In this document: positions 17,523 through 26,903 of the stretch, in pieces
Numbering within the stretch: position 1 is the first letter of the stretch
How the letters are laid out: each line of letters starts with the position of its first letter
From: a virus
Taxonomy: Duplodnaviria; Caudoviricetes
Direction: 5' to 3' (one strand)
Length of the DNA stretch: 52,530 nucleotides
IMG/VR virus record: IMGVR_UViG_3300032325_000423
Location: 1 to 52,530 of that record
Translations under genes and position numbers: made by a program
Notes under the pieces: model-generated
Database searches by the model: none
Told to the model about the DNA's origin: nothing
The model's input: only the letters and a program-made list of their open reading frames with translations

Positions 17523-17681
17523 TTAGTCAGTATTTTCTTTTTTAAATAGTTCTACGATCACGCCCCTACCATAACAATCGTCAATAACTTCTTGCGCTTC
17601 TTCGCGTGTACGAAAAACCCATTGAGGATCAACCATATCTCCATCTTCTTTCCAGCAAACAGCATACAGTACCAGTTTCAT
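17523..17681 (-). CDS. hypothetical protein
   Basis: ORF track; start MKLVL coupled to upstream stop. Confidence 0.55.
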   Translation of the reverse strand: MKLVLYAVCWKEDGDMVDPQWVFRTREEAQEVIDDCYGRGVIVELFKKENTD

Positions 17682-17923
17682 TTTCCCCTCCCAATAACAA
17701 CGCATGACGTAGGCTCGTCGCCTTCCATATCCTTGTAGTATGAGGCGTGTCGCCCATTATACCAATAAAACTTTTCTTGTCCATCCCAATTATCGTCTAC
17801 AACAACAGCCCCATTCCTCTGAACTTCGATATTGTCGTACCCACCCTCGTAACCCGGCACCAGTACCAGCATATCCTGTGGTAGCTTGTTCAGTTCTTCG
17901 ATCAATTCAGCAACGGTCATCAT
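17678..17923 (-). CDS. hypothetical protein (MTVxELIExL-type phage family)
   Basis: ORF track; promoter 17945-17973. Confidence 0.7.
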   Translation of the reverse strand: MMTVAELIEELNKLPQDMLVLVPGYEGGYDNIEVQRNGAVVVDDNWDGQEKFYWYNGRHASYYKDMEGDEPTSCVVIGRGK

Positions 17924-18001
17924 ATTCCCTTTCGTGTTACCACTATCTTACACTACTATTATCGACAAGTCAAGAGGGAATCTTGAAAAAATATTGCTAA
18001 T

Positions 18002-18083
18002 CGTAAAGTCTTTAGCAGCAAGTACTTACGACGAAACCGGCCGGCCCGCCTTGAGCTAAGTTCTTTAGCAGCAAGGACTTATG
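18002..18083. repeat. 82-bp element A, copy 7
   Basis: 29+24+29; both N7 cores TAGCAGC; stop codon abuts (18084). Confidence 0.9.
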
Positions 18084-18338
18084 TCAACTAGGATAATCTT
18101 TTGGATAATGTTCTTTTGGCGGTGGTGGTTTTGGTTGTCCTTCATCCGGCATCCACCAAGGAGCGTCGAAATAATCTACATTACCGGGAGCTTCACCACA
18201 ATCAATATTGTGAATACAAAAAGGATCAGCATAGTTTATCCTATACTTTCCACGCCACACACCAATAGGCTCACCATAATAGATGATCTTTTGACCATTA
18301 ATAGGGCGGCGAGGTCCGTGGAAACTAATCCATTCCAT
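18084..18338 (-). CDS. hypothetical protein (DUF551-like)
   Basis: MEWIS...WWMP...PPP pattern. Confidence 0.6.
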   Translation of the reverse strand: MEWISFHGPRRPINGQKIIYYGEPIGVWRGKYRINYADPFCIHNIDCGEAPGNVDYFDAPWWMPDEGQPKPPPPKEHYPKDYPS

Positions 18339-18562
18339 TATTATCTCCCAAGCTATATCCTAGAATCCACTCAAGAACTTCCTGAGTATAGACGTATGAA
18401 TAACAATAATCATCATTATATTCATATTCTTTAATAATCAATATTTAGTTACCTCAATATGCCACCGATCATATTTCAGTTCAGCATTAACGCTCATGCC
18501 CAACTTAACCAGTTCAGCCACAATTTCGGCCAAACGCTCAATCTCATTAATATTTAAGTAAA

Positions 18563-18790
18563 TCATACCCAACCCTCCGGCATAGAAATTTCATTCAGTC
18601 CCATATGATACTTAACCTCAGACTTTTCAAACGGTTCCCACTGAAGTATACCATCATCATACTCACCATGAGTCCATTCACCCCATTCTTTATTGTCAAT
18701 ATCCCAACAGAGCATTATTGGTCTATTATATCCAACAGCAGCACACAGATAATATCCCGGAGTAATTGGCTCATTAGCATTCCACTTCAT
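18563..18790 (-). CDS. hypothetical protein
   Basis: ORF track. Confidence 0.6.
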   Translation of the reverse strand: MKWNANEPITPGYYLCAAVGYNRPIMLCWDIDNKEWGEWTHGEYDDGILQWEPFEKSEVKYHMGLNEISMPEGWV

Positions 18791-19015
18791 GCTCTATATC
18801 CTTCTTGTTATCTCTTCGTACTCATTAATCAAATCAGTCACCGTTATACCATACTTCTCTGCTAAAGTCAATGCGTCTTTTTTAGCAGGACTCCTGATCA
18901 TCATTGGGTTTTTAAGAACCCTAAGAACATAAACTATTGCTGCATTTCTGTCTGATTCTTCTTTATTCATCTCTTCTCCTTTGTATTGTATACCGGGTGT
19001 TAATGGATCGACTTA

Positions 19016-19088
19016 TCGGAGCGACGGGATTTGAACCCGCAACACCGCCACATATAGTGTGGAACTCTACCTATTGAGTTACGCCCGA
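19016..19088 (-). ncRNA. pseudo-tRNA / tRNA-like RNA
   Basis: D-arm ACTC/GAGT, T-arm GCGGG-TTCAAAT-CCCGT; irregular anticodon loop (CCACA-CTATA-TGTGG) and imperfect acceptor. Confidence 0.65.
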
Positions 19089-19089
19089 C

Positions 19090-19657
19090 GATAGTTTTAC
19101 AAATAATGTCCGGTATCACGCATTACTCAACCACAGACCGTCATTTGGTGGTTTCTATCCGACCCCTGTTTGTAACCAGCGTAACATTAACGATCCGTTA
19201 CTATAACCCACCAATACCCCGATATTCTTAGCCCTTGGAGCAAGGTTAAAACTGGTGGAAACCGCCCACGCTGCTTTGCCGCTTTCGGGTACCTAATATC
19301 AGGCGGCTAGTCAGAGGTGACGATTACTGGTTGTATTGTATCATGCGTTTGTGTAGCGTTGCAACGTCTAGGCTATTCGCCATACACAATAAAGAATTTC
19401 TCCACCGCATGATTGTATGAATCGTGGTGAGGACGCGATCCCCCATAGATTGGTACTACTATCCAACGTACAGCCCCGTTGGCAACACTACGCTGCATTG
19501 CAGCCGCTCAGTGTTTATCGTAATAGGCTATCCCAAATCTAGTCCAAGGCATGGACCCACGAGTTTTGTATTGTAAAACAGATAGGGTTGAGCCATACTC
19601 GACAGCCATTTAACCGTGGCTACTTTGATATCATTCTGCCAGCGGCCCTTATCTGCT
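19090..19657 (-). ncRNA. putative structured ncRNA or ncRNA array
   Basis: No ORF >=60 aa, own promoter at 19667-19695, many nested stems, TACAATACAA linkers. Confidence 0.55.
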
Positions 19658-19666
19658 TATGTGCTA

Positions 19667-19695
19667 AGTATACATCTATTATCGTCACTTGTCAA
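19667..19695 (-). promoter_or_regulatory. sigma70-type promoter driving ncRNA region
   Basis: TTGACA-agtgacgataatagatg-TATACT. Confidence 0.75.
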
Positions 19696-19734
19696 GAGGC
19701 TTCTGTAGGAATTCCAAAAATTTTTTAGCATTGA

Positions 19735-19816
19735 CGTAACCCTATGATACACAAGCACTTACGTTAAAGTCGGCCGGCCCGCCTTACCCTAAGTTCTTTA
19801 AGGATAAGGACTTACG
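19735..19816. repeat. 82-bp element A, copy 8
   Basis: 29+24+29 architecture. Confidence 0.9.
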
Positions 19817-19817
19817 A

Positions 19818-19997
19818 CTAGTAATCTTCGGCCTCAATAGGTTCATCAGCATAGTAGTTGGAGTTGGTCAACACTTCCGGCCTATATTTACTCAACTTTT
19901 TATCCAGACAATCCAAACAAACCCTACCCAGTGGAATGCCCCTAGCATCACTTTCCCACCAGCTTTTCTTGCCAGACCCACATGGACAAACTCTCAT
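19818..19997 (-). CDS. small Cys-rich (CPCGSGK) protein
   Basis: Manual translation MRVCPCGSGKKSWWESDARGIPLGRVCLDC...; AAGGAG RBS. Confidence 0.7.
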   Translation of the reverse strand: MRVCPCGSGKKSWWESDARGIPLGRVCLDCLDKKLSKYRPEVLTNSNYYADEPIEAEDY

Positions 19998-20006
19998 GAT
20001 ATCTCC

Positions 20007-20210
20007 TTAGTTATTACTAGCCCCAATAGACTCACGGAACTTACCAGCCCCATCTCTTTCGGCAATCTCAAGAGCCTTACAAAAGAACTCAAAGAAAATA
20101 TCCAGTTCTTGGTGCATAGACTTCTCATCAACAGTAGCAGCGGTCAGCAAACGAGTAGCAAAATCAGCCACACACTCACAAACAGCGTCTCGTTCGTCAC
20201 TCGTCAACAT
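20007..20210 (-). CDS. hypothetical protein
   Basis: ORF track. Confidence 0.65.
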   Translation of the reverse strand: MLTSDERDAVCECVADFATRLLTAATVDEKSMHQELDIFFEFFCKALEIAERDGAGKFRESIGASNN

Positions 20211-20272
20211 AATCCTTCCCTTTTCTGCCCAATATACTCTATTAAAGACTCTTTGTCAAGTCCCGACTACTG

Positions 20273-20317
20273 GCTGACTATACCCATCCAGCCCGACCCG
20301 CTAGGGTTAGGCAGGAC
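20273..20317. repeat. 45-bp repeat family B, copy 7
   Basis: GCTGACTA-N12-CCGACCCGC-N5-TTAGGCAGGAC. Confidence 0.65.
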
Positions 20318-20452
20318 AAACATTGGAGATTCGCTCAATGAGCAAATTCTTCCCATACAACTTTTCTGCCATAGCCAGGGCATGATAGGTGCTATATGCT
20401 TCCACATAGCCCACAATCTTATTGCCCTTCATCACCATATAGGTATCGGTAT

Positions 20453-20722
20453 TCATTCGTCATCCTCCTCTTGTGTTCCTGCGAACATGGTTTCCCACTC
20501 CTGAGCATCAATTCCCGTTTTGAGAATCTCACGATCATCTGCATTGAGATACGGGAAAGCAACTTGAATCAACTCTCCGTTGACCCAACGCTGGGCATCG
20601 TCAAGTCGAGTGACTATGGAAAAAGGGCGACCGCCAGTAGACAACCCACTGAATTCGATCATACCCTCATCACTAACCTTGCGAGTAACCTTATCCGTCA
20701 AAGCATATGGCGTAAACAGCAT
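20453..20722 (-). CDS. conserved phage hypothetical protein
   Basis: GELIQVAFPYLNADDREILKTG; AAGGAGA RBS; promoter 20747-20775. Confidence 0.75.
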   Translation of the reverse strand: MLFTPYALTDKVTRKVSDEGMIEFSGLSTGGRPFSIVTRLDDAQRWVNGELIQVAFPYLNADDREILKTGIDAQEWETMFAGTQEEDDE

Positions 20723-20804
20723 CTTTTTCTCCTTTTGATTCCCTGTATTCTACACTACTATTATCGGCTTGTCAAGAGGAAAAACTTGAGCAATAAAAGA
20801 TTGT

Positions 20805-20886
20805 CGTAAAGTGTTGGAACATAAAGACTTACGACGAAGCGGGCCGGCCGACCTCGCCCTAAGTCCTTTGGTGTCAAAGGGTTAGG
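20805..20886. repeat. 82-bp element A, copy 9
   Basis: 29+24+29 architecture. Confidence 0.9.
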
Positions 20887-20920
20887 GGTTGGTCAGTTCG
20901 TAGGCAGAGACTGCTAGTTT

Positions 20921-21325
20921 TTAGAACAGGTTAGCAAACCCGCTCTTGAACAAAGCACCGGCCAGCAACGGCTTTCGGCACTTGGTTACTCGCTCTGCAT
21001 AGAAATTACGCACCTTACCATCCGCAGTTCGACACGTTACCAGATTACTGGTACGGATGAACTCAGGATCATTAATACGATACCGACTCTTGCGATTGAG
21101 TCTCGCAATCTGGTCAACAGTCAACGTCTGCTTACCAATCACCTTAGCAAGAAAACGCTCATGCGTTCCGTGCAAAGGCTGCTCGTAAACAAAGTTGAAA
21201 ACCTGACCCTCTTGGGCATTCGCCAAGCTAGCCTTCGATCCACCATAGACCGAATAGAAGACAAAACCCACAACAGCAACGGCAGCAGCCGCAAAAATCG
21301 CACCAAACAGAATCACATCGTTCAT
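20921..21325 (-). CDS. membrane-anchored hypothetical protein
   Basis: N-terminal TM helix; promoter 21371-21399. Confidence 0.7.
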   Translation of the reverse strand: MNDVILFGAIFAAAAVAVVGFVFYSVYGGSKASLANAQEGQVFNFVYEQPLHGTHERFLAKVIGKQTLTVDQIARLNRKSRYRINDPEFIRTSNLVTCRTADGKVRNFYAERVTKCRKPLLAGALFKSGFANLF

Positions 21326-21395
21326 AGAAACCCTTTCAAATTGAAAATCGATCACAACGTCCATGACACAAGTCTACACTAATTATCGGCGTTTG

Positions 21396-21659
21396 TCAAG
21401 CAGAAACTTTAGAAAAATTTTCTTTCCAATACTCTACCATTTCAACCATGTTGATACCACTATCATTCCAAGAGACACCATCGGGCGTTTCATATCGCAC
21501 AGGATGAGTCTCAAAAATATCACGAAGCAAAAGCTTGAAATGGTCATAAGAGCCGCACTGATCGGCCAGACCATTCAACATTTCATCATTGCTAATCCAC
21601 AAGCAAACATTCCATGTCTGATAGTTTGCGTAACCGTTATAGCTTCCGTCAGGACTCAT
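21396..21659 (-). CDS. conserved phage hypothetical protein (YNGxxNYxTW family)
   Basis: YNGYANYQTWNVCLWISNDE. Confidence 0.75.
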   Translation of the reverse strand: MSPDGSYNGYANYQTWNVCLWISNDEMLNGLADQCGSYDHFKLLLRDIFETHPVRYETPDGVSWNDSGINMVEMVEYWKENFSKVSA

Positions 21660-21753
21660 GCTTCACTCTCTCTTTCTCGTATACGTCATTCTACCATATA
21701 TTATCGGCAAATGCAAGGGACAAACTTGAATCTTACGAGATTGTAAGGATTGA

Positions 21754-21835
21754 CGTAAAGTGTTGCAGTATAAGGACTTACAACGAACGAGGCCGCCCGC
21801 GTCGGCCCTAAGTGCTTGAACACAAAGGGGTTACG
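21754..21835. repeat. 82-bp element A, copy 10
   Basis: 29+24+29 architecture. Confidence 0.9.
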
Positions 21836-21850
21836 ACGAGAGATTATTTT

Positions 21851-22081
21851 TCACTCAAAATCAACAAAAATGATTTGAGCATAGCCACGGGGCTTAACGG
21901 TATATCCGTCACTATAGTCATAGGTGTCAGCCTTGACAGCAGTCATACCGGCCAGAGCCTTGGCCTTACGAACAACGCTGCGCTGAGAAGCATTCTTCTT
22001 AGGGATGAACTCATATCGTTTCACCCAACCATAGTTAGCTTCACCACCAAAAGTATCCGTATGGGTAACAACGCACTTCAT
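21851..22081 (-). CDS. conserved phage hypothetical protein
   Basis: TDTFGGEANYGWVKR. Confidence 0.7.
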   Translation of the reverse strand: MKCVVTHTDTFGGEANYGWVKRYEFIPKKNASQRSVVRKAKALAGMTAVKADTYDYSDGYTVKPRGYAQIIFVDFE

Positions 22082-22627
22082 TTAACAAGTTCCTTTGCTT
22101 TCATGGTTTCAAGATACAACTGTTCCAACATCTTCACACGACTCACTGCACGATCAGTCTCACGATTCATGAGTATAACAGCTTTCTCATGTGCTGTCAA
22201 CTCTTTCTTTTTGGTTTTCATTTCTTTTCTTCTTCTTTCTTCAACGGGCCACGATAGCCCCTGAACCTTCTCAGCTCACCATAGTAGTTACGACTAGCAG
22301 AACCATAACGAGTCTTTCGACGCTTGGTGGTTCGACATGGTTCAATTGGTTTGATATCTTCGTTTTCCATTTTTTATACTCCTAACCAAACAACTCATAT
22401 TCTTCATCGGTCAATGCTACCTCATCGGGACGATAGCAGTTATTGCCGTACAGATCACGATTCTTAGGGCGCTTTTCCCATTCATCCATGAATCGGTTAT
22501 ACTCTTCGAGACGCTTCTCTTCTTCGCTTTTCATCATTCACTCTCTTTCTCTACTCTATTATCGACAAGTATAGCATAGAAACTTTAGTTGTCAAGCAGA
22601 AAATTTTAGAAAAAGAAAAGATTTTTT

Positions 22628-22643
22628 TGGCACGTCATTTGCT
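22628..22643 (+). promoter_or_regulatory. sigma54 (-24/-12) consensus
   Basis: TGGCACG-TCAT-TTGCT. Confidence 0.7.
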
Positions 22644-22649
22644 ATTAGC

Positions 22650-22731
22650 CATAAGTGCTTACTACTAAAGGAGTTACGTCAAAAGCGGCCCGCCCCGTTT
22701 GCCCTAAGTGCTTACACACAAAGGGCTTAGG
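22650..22731. repeat. 82-bp element A, copy 11
   Basis: 29+24+29 architecture. Confidence 0.9.
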
Positions 22732-22739
22732 GCGAGTGC

Positions 22740-23138
22740 TTAGAATTTTCCTCCAAAATCTGGACTAATCCCGAGTTGCTGCTGAACATCCTCATCGTCC
22801 AGAACATCTTGGTCGATCATAAAATCCATATCATCAAAGAACATTTCGATTTCTGGCTGTCCATCATGGGCCATAATAGCAGCAAAATCATAGATCATAA
22901 AGTAAGCCGTAGCTTGCACCCATGATTCTACAAGTCCCGAATGTAACTCAATAGTATCTCTGTTGAGATAAACGTACTCTATTGCAGAACACTTGGTACT
23001 ATCATTCATTTCATCCCAGACAGGAATCTCTTGATTGTACTTATTCAGTTCTTCGTCCAAAACACCATCTTCACGCCATTGTACATAATTTTCATATGTA
23101 GCTTCGATCATGCCTGTTGCAATCTTTCGATACTGCAT
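22740..23138 (-). CDS. acidic hypothetical protein
   Basis: ORF track; AAGGA RBS. Confidence 0.7.
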   Translation of the reverse strand: MQYRKIATGMIEATYENYVQWREDGVLDEELNKYNQEIPVWDEMNDSTKCSAIEYVYLNRDTIELHSGLVESWVQATAYFMIYDFAAIMAHDGQPEIEMFFDDMDFMIDQDVLDDEDVQQQLGISPDFGGKF

Positions 23139-23154
23139 TATTTTTTCCTTTTAA

Positions 23155-23430
23155 TTAGTCGTCATACGGACCATCTTCATTATAGTCTACAAATCCGACA
23201 GCCTCATCGGCGTGGAAGTCTTCTATTCCATCGTCACCATAGTAGCCATAGTCCTCGTCGGTTCCCCATCCTGCGGAAGCCAACGCAGATTCAGCATCAC
23301 CATCCATACTATCATTAAACGAATCATCAGAATCATTCTCCAGGTCATCATCTCCAGACCAATAATCATTAGTACGATCATCAGCGTCGATACCATAAAA
23401 ATCTTCAAGATCGTCATATTCGTAGCTCAT
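23155..23430 (-). CDS. extremely acidic protein
   Basis: D/E-rich, SMDGDAESALASAGWGTDEDYG core; GAGGGA RBS. Confidence 0.7.
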   Translation of the reverse strand: MSYEYDDLEDFYGIDADDRTNDYWSGDDDLENDSDDSFNDSMDGDAESALASAGWGTDEDYGYYGDDGIEDFHADEAVGFVDYNEDGPYDD

Positions 23431-23496
23431 AGTCAATCCCTCACGATGGTGGTGATGTAAAACAGGCCAACGTATCCGACAACAAACGCAATCGCA

Positions 23497-23664
23497 CTAA
23501 GCATGATCATACTCCGGGGGAACGAAATCGTCAATATCAATCCCGACTACTTCGGCATAGTCGTAAAAATCGGTCTGGATGCTAGGATCGTCAATCGGCT
23601 CCACGATGTTCAGTTCGGCCATCTCAGCAAGAATCCGGTTCACTGCGTCAAAATCGTTCAGCAT
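23497..23664 (-). CDS. small acidic protein
   Basis: Start MLNDF after AAGGA. Confidence 0.6.
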   Translation of the reverse strand: MLNDFDAVNRILAEMAELNIVEPIDDPSIQTDFYDYAEVVGIDIDDFVPPEYDHA

Positions 23665-23701
23665 GATTCTGTTCCTTGTGGTTTCCGTTCGTGATGTTGC
23701 G

Positions 23702-23730
23702 ATTATACTCTTATTATCGGCTAGTGTCAA
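23702..23730 (-). promoter_or_regulatory. perfect sigma70 consensus promoter
   Basis: TTGACA-ctagccgataataagag-TATAAT. Confidence 0.85.
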
Positions 23731-23792
23731 GCAGAAACTTGGAAAATTCCAGAATATAATTTCGTGCCAAAGATGAAAAATCTTTTAGTTGA

Positions 23793-23874
23793 CGTAAAGT
23801 GTTGGCACATAAAGACTTACGCTTCGCGGGGGCGGCCGGGCTGGTCGTAAGTCCTTACTGGTGAAGGAGATACG
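23793..23874. repeat. 82-bp element A, copy 12
   Basis: 29+24+29 architecture. Confidence 0.9.
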
Positions 23875-24056
23875 TCAAGCCACACCCTAGAATGAAACAC
23901 ACCCCTAATAGAACATAATCACTGATTTTCATCATTTTCCTCCATATACATGATATTTGACATACTAGCATACAGAATAATACCAGCAATATACCCAAAA
24001 GCCACACTGATAAAATCAAACTGATACATCCCTGTATCTCCATTTTGTTTAAGTGA

Positions 24057-24290
24057 TCAATCCCCGTATCCTACCCAGAAATCATCACCCTTCTCACCCT
24101 TCATAAGAGTATAACCCCGGCTCCTCATGGCCTCATACTCATTTATCCTCTGCCAAACTTCTCCCACAATAGAGAGAAAGTAGACAAACCCCAAAACAAA
24201 AAGCATAAGACCCATCCAAGCCCACACCAGAATAAAATCACCCATGTTCAAGCCTCCGGTTGGGTAGAGATATTGATCAACTTCTCGCAC
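24057..24290 (-). CDS. small membrane protein (start uncertain)
   Basis: ORF track, TM segment. Confidence 0.55.
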   Translation of the reverse strand: MREVDQYLYPTGGLNMGDFILVWAWMGLMLFVLGFVYFLSIVGEVWQRINEYEAMRSRGYTLMKGEKGDDFWVGYGD

Positions 24291-24451
24291 TGCTCAAGAT
24301 AGCACGAACGATACTCAGTATGTCCGATCTTCACGACCATCATCATACCCTTGGGCTTCTCTAAAACCCTACGAACTTCACCACGATAATCCTCACCCTT
24401 ATAGGTGAACTCAACCCAATCATACCGCTCCGGCAACACAATATTGCTCAT
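24248..24451 (-). CDS. hypothetical protein
   Basis: Start MSNIV after GAGGA. Confidence 0.6.
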   Translation of the reverse strand: MSNIVLPERYDWVEFTYKGEDYRGEVRRVLEKPKGMMMVVKIGHTEYRSCYLEQCEKLINISTQPEA

Positions 24452-24587
24452 CTTTTCCTCTTGGTTACTGGTCATCTTCTCTATACCTATTATCGACATT
24501 CTACCCTGCAAAACTTTAATTGTCAACCTTACAAAACCCACAGGTTCCACCGACTAGTCTGACTAGGCCCCTCTCGGCCCAGTAGGG

Positions 24588-24821
24588 TTAGCTGAGACTA
24601 ACCGCAGTAGGGTTCGACCGATAATATTTTGCCCACAATTCATCCATCACGAACTGGACAATACGATCATGAGAACCACGGCAAACGTAGTATCCCATGT
24701 GGATGTCGAACAGAGCAAACGATCCATCCTCTTTCGGATGAAACGTGAACCCACACTTGTAGGCATAACCATTGATGCTACGCTTGACGGTCGAAACTTT
24801 TGGAGGCTTTCTCATTTTCAT
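24588..24821 (-). CDS. hypothetical protein
   Basis: Start MKMRK downstream of promoter. Confidence 0.65.
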   Translation of the reverse strand: MKMRKPPKVSTVKRSINGYAYKCGFTFHPKEDGSFALFDIHMGYYVCRGSHDRIVQFVMDELWAKYYRSNPTAVSLS

Positions 24822-24843
24822 TTTCTCTCTTTCTTGTTCTACC

Positions 24844-24872
24844 ATTATACATCTATTATCGTCAAATGTCAA
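24844..24872 (-). promoter_or_regulatory. perfect sigma70 consensus promoter
   Basis: TTGACA-tttgacgataatagatg-TATAAT. Confidence 0.85.
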
Positions 24873-24927
24873 TAGGGTAGTCCAGAAAAAATTTCCTTAC
24901 ATTTCCGTAAGGTTCGTAGAGAAAGTT

Positions 24928-24943
24928 TGGCACAAGATTTGCT
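24928..24943 (+). promoter_or_regulatory. sigma54 (-24/-12) consensus
   Basis: TGGCACA-AGAT-TTGCT. Confidence 0.65.
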
Positions 24944-24988
24944 AGTGATGCAAAGATACGCAGCAATGCCTACAGAATAATCATTGAA

Positions 24989-25070
24989 CGTAAGTCTTTA
25001 CCACATAAGCACTTACGACTCGCCGGGGCGGCCCGCCTCGCTCTAAGTCCTTTAGCAGCAAGGCTTTGCG
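24989..25070. repeat. 82-bp element A, copy 13
   Basis: 29+24+29 architecture. Confidence 0.9.
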
Positions 25071-25207
25071 TCAAGTTTTGCGTTTTCTGTATATTCGTTC
25101 AGCACCCACCCAAACGGGTAGGTAGAGCTTAGGATATAGCTGTACATATGAACTCTTCACCCATCGTTCAGTCTCTAGTGTAACGTCGTACACTAGTGTA
25201 GTGTCGT

Positions 25208-25588
25208 TCATTCCTCCCCCTTGAAGCTGAACGGACTGATTTCTTCACCGCAAGCAGCAATTGCGGCATACTGCTTGGTCAGTTCCTCGACACGCTCACG
25301 ACTTCCCGGCTTGCCAACCGGAACGATCATGGTATCCTCACCCCCCACATAGCGGGGATCAGCCTTTTCCTTACGAACCTTCCCCAGATTCTTCAGTGCG
25401 GTACGGTTGAACTTGAGAACCTTTTCACTCACAACGTAACGCTTATGGTCATCCACACCGTAGACGTAATCGACATCATCCACAACCTTATCATCAGGAA
25501 TTTCTACGATCATAGGAATCGCGATACCCTTGAAGATCATACGGGCTTGACGCTTGGCATTTTCGATGATGGGAAACTTGGTTTTCAT
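25208..25588 (-). CDS. hypothetical protein
   Basis: ORF track. Confidence 0.7.
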   Translation of the reverse strand: MKTKFPIIENAKRQARMIFKGIAIPMIVEIPDDKVVDDVDYVYGVDDHKRYVVSEKVLKFNRTALKNLGKVRKEKADPRYVGGEDTMIVPVGKPGSRERVEELTKQYAAIAACGEEISPFSFKGEE

Positions 25589-25655
25589 TGTCTTTTTCTC
25601 TCTTAGGTTCTATCGTTCTCTTGTGCGTGTATTCTATCAATAATTCTTTTGCCTA

Positions 25656-25865
25656 TCAACCCCCACTATGGGTGGGCCGACGAGTCCAAGGATGGCCGTA
25701 GGCATCCGCCGCGGTCGAAAGCTCATGGTCTGCACAGTCATGGAGATTGCCACCTTCGGTACGCACTACCCACACATTTCCCTCATCATAGTGGTAGGAA
25801 ACAATCTTTCCAACAATCTGTTTCTCGAATCCCTTGAGCATCACACTATCACCAATTTCGTACAT
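25656..25865 (-). CDS. small SH3/KOW-like hypothetical protein
   Basis: MYEIGDSVML...GKIV; promoter 25891-25919. Confidence 0.6.
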   Translation of the reverse strand: MYEIGDSVMLKGFEKQIVGKIVSYHYDEGNVWVVRTEGGNLHDCADHELSTAADAYGHPWTRRPTHSGG

Positions 25866-26209
25866 TCTTTTCTCTCTTTCTTGTTCTGCTATTCTACCAA
25901 ACTTTTTCGATGCTGTCAATTGCTTTTCTTTTTGCTCAGATAAGCATGGGACACGATCTGGTCAAACGTATACCACTCGCCTTCGCATCGGCCGGAAAGC
26001 TGAACCTTGATATTCTTTCCGACAATCTGCTGAACATTGCCGTATCCGTCAACCACTTGAACCACATCGCCAACCATAATCTTTTGCATCGTTTTCTCCC
26101 TTACTCTTATATCGACATTATACCATGCTCATCTTGAGTTTTCAAGAGAAATCTAGAAATTTTTGTGTCAAGAGATTTTGACAAAACTTTTCGTCGTTTT
26201 CTTTCTCAT

Positions 26210-26225
26210 TGGCACAGGGTTTGCT
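26210..26225 (+). promoter_or_regulatory. sigma54 (-24/-12) consensus
   Basis: TGGCACA-GGGT-TTGCT. Confidence 0.65.
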
Positions 26226-26232
26226 TGTTCGT

Positions 26233-26314
26233 CGTAAAGTCCTATCGTATAAGCACTTACGTCGAACGGGGCCCGCCCGCCTTGCCCTAAGTGCTTTAGG
26301 GTCAAGGACTTACG
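26233..26314. repeat. 82-bp element A, copy 14
   Basis: 29+24+29 architecture. Confidence 0.9.
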
Positions 26315-26315
26315 G

Positions 26316-26633
26316 TTAGTATACCAGATTCATATCGGCTACTACCACCCCGTCCTCGTACTCTTCCCCACTTTCGAGGTACCACTGCCCCTTGCGTTGA
26401 TACACGCGAACGGGCGAATACTGATTGATTCTATCCTTAGTGGTACTCGTATGCCAACCCCCACTATTGAGGGTAGCACTATTATCTGGATGAATCTTTA
26501 CCACATAGGTACTATGCAGCATGATCCCTACGCTACCATCAGAAAGAATTTCCGCATAGGTATTGTTACCTACCTTGCGAGTATTCTTATTAGTCTTACC
26601 ACGAACCATCTTCACTGCTTCATAGTGTGTCAT
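26316..26633 (-). CDS. conserved phage hypothetical protein
   Basis: LNSGGWHTSTTKDRIN motif. Confidence 0.75.
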   Translation of the reverse strand: MTHYEAVKMVRGKTNKNTRKVGNNTYAEILSDGSVGIMLHSTYVVKIHPDNSATLNSGGWHTSTTKDRINQYSPVRVYQRKGQWYLESGEEYEDGVVVADMNLVY

Positions 26634-26903
26634 GTTCAGCCTTTTTCGTAGAGAGCAATTGTGCAATAGAAGAAACCGGCATAGCCAATCAGAAAAGCAA
26701 TAGCGTTCAAAGCGTCAATCATTATTTCCTCAGTCGTGAAGGATGGATTGAATAGCGTTACCTACCTCATGGGCAGTATACGAAATAAAACCGGCAAAAG
26801 CAATCAGGGCAAACAGTTGAGCGTATTCGATAACAGTAATCATTTTCTTTCTCTCTTTCTCTTTCTCGAATTCTATCAAATTTTTTCTTGTTGTCAACCC
26901 CTC

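Noticed and set aside
19016-19088. Calling this a functional tRNA-Ile(TAT) or tRNA-Pro
   Set aside because: Acceptor stem and anticodon loop are irregular; kept only as pseudo-tRNA
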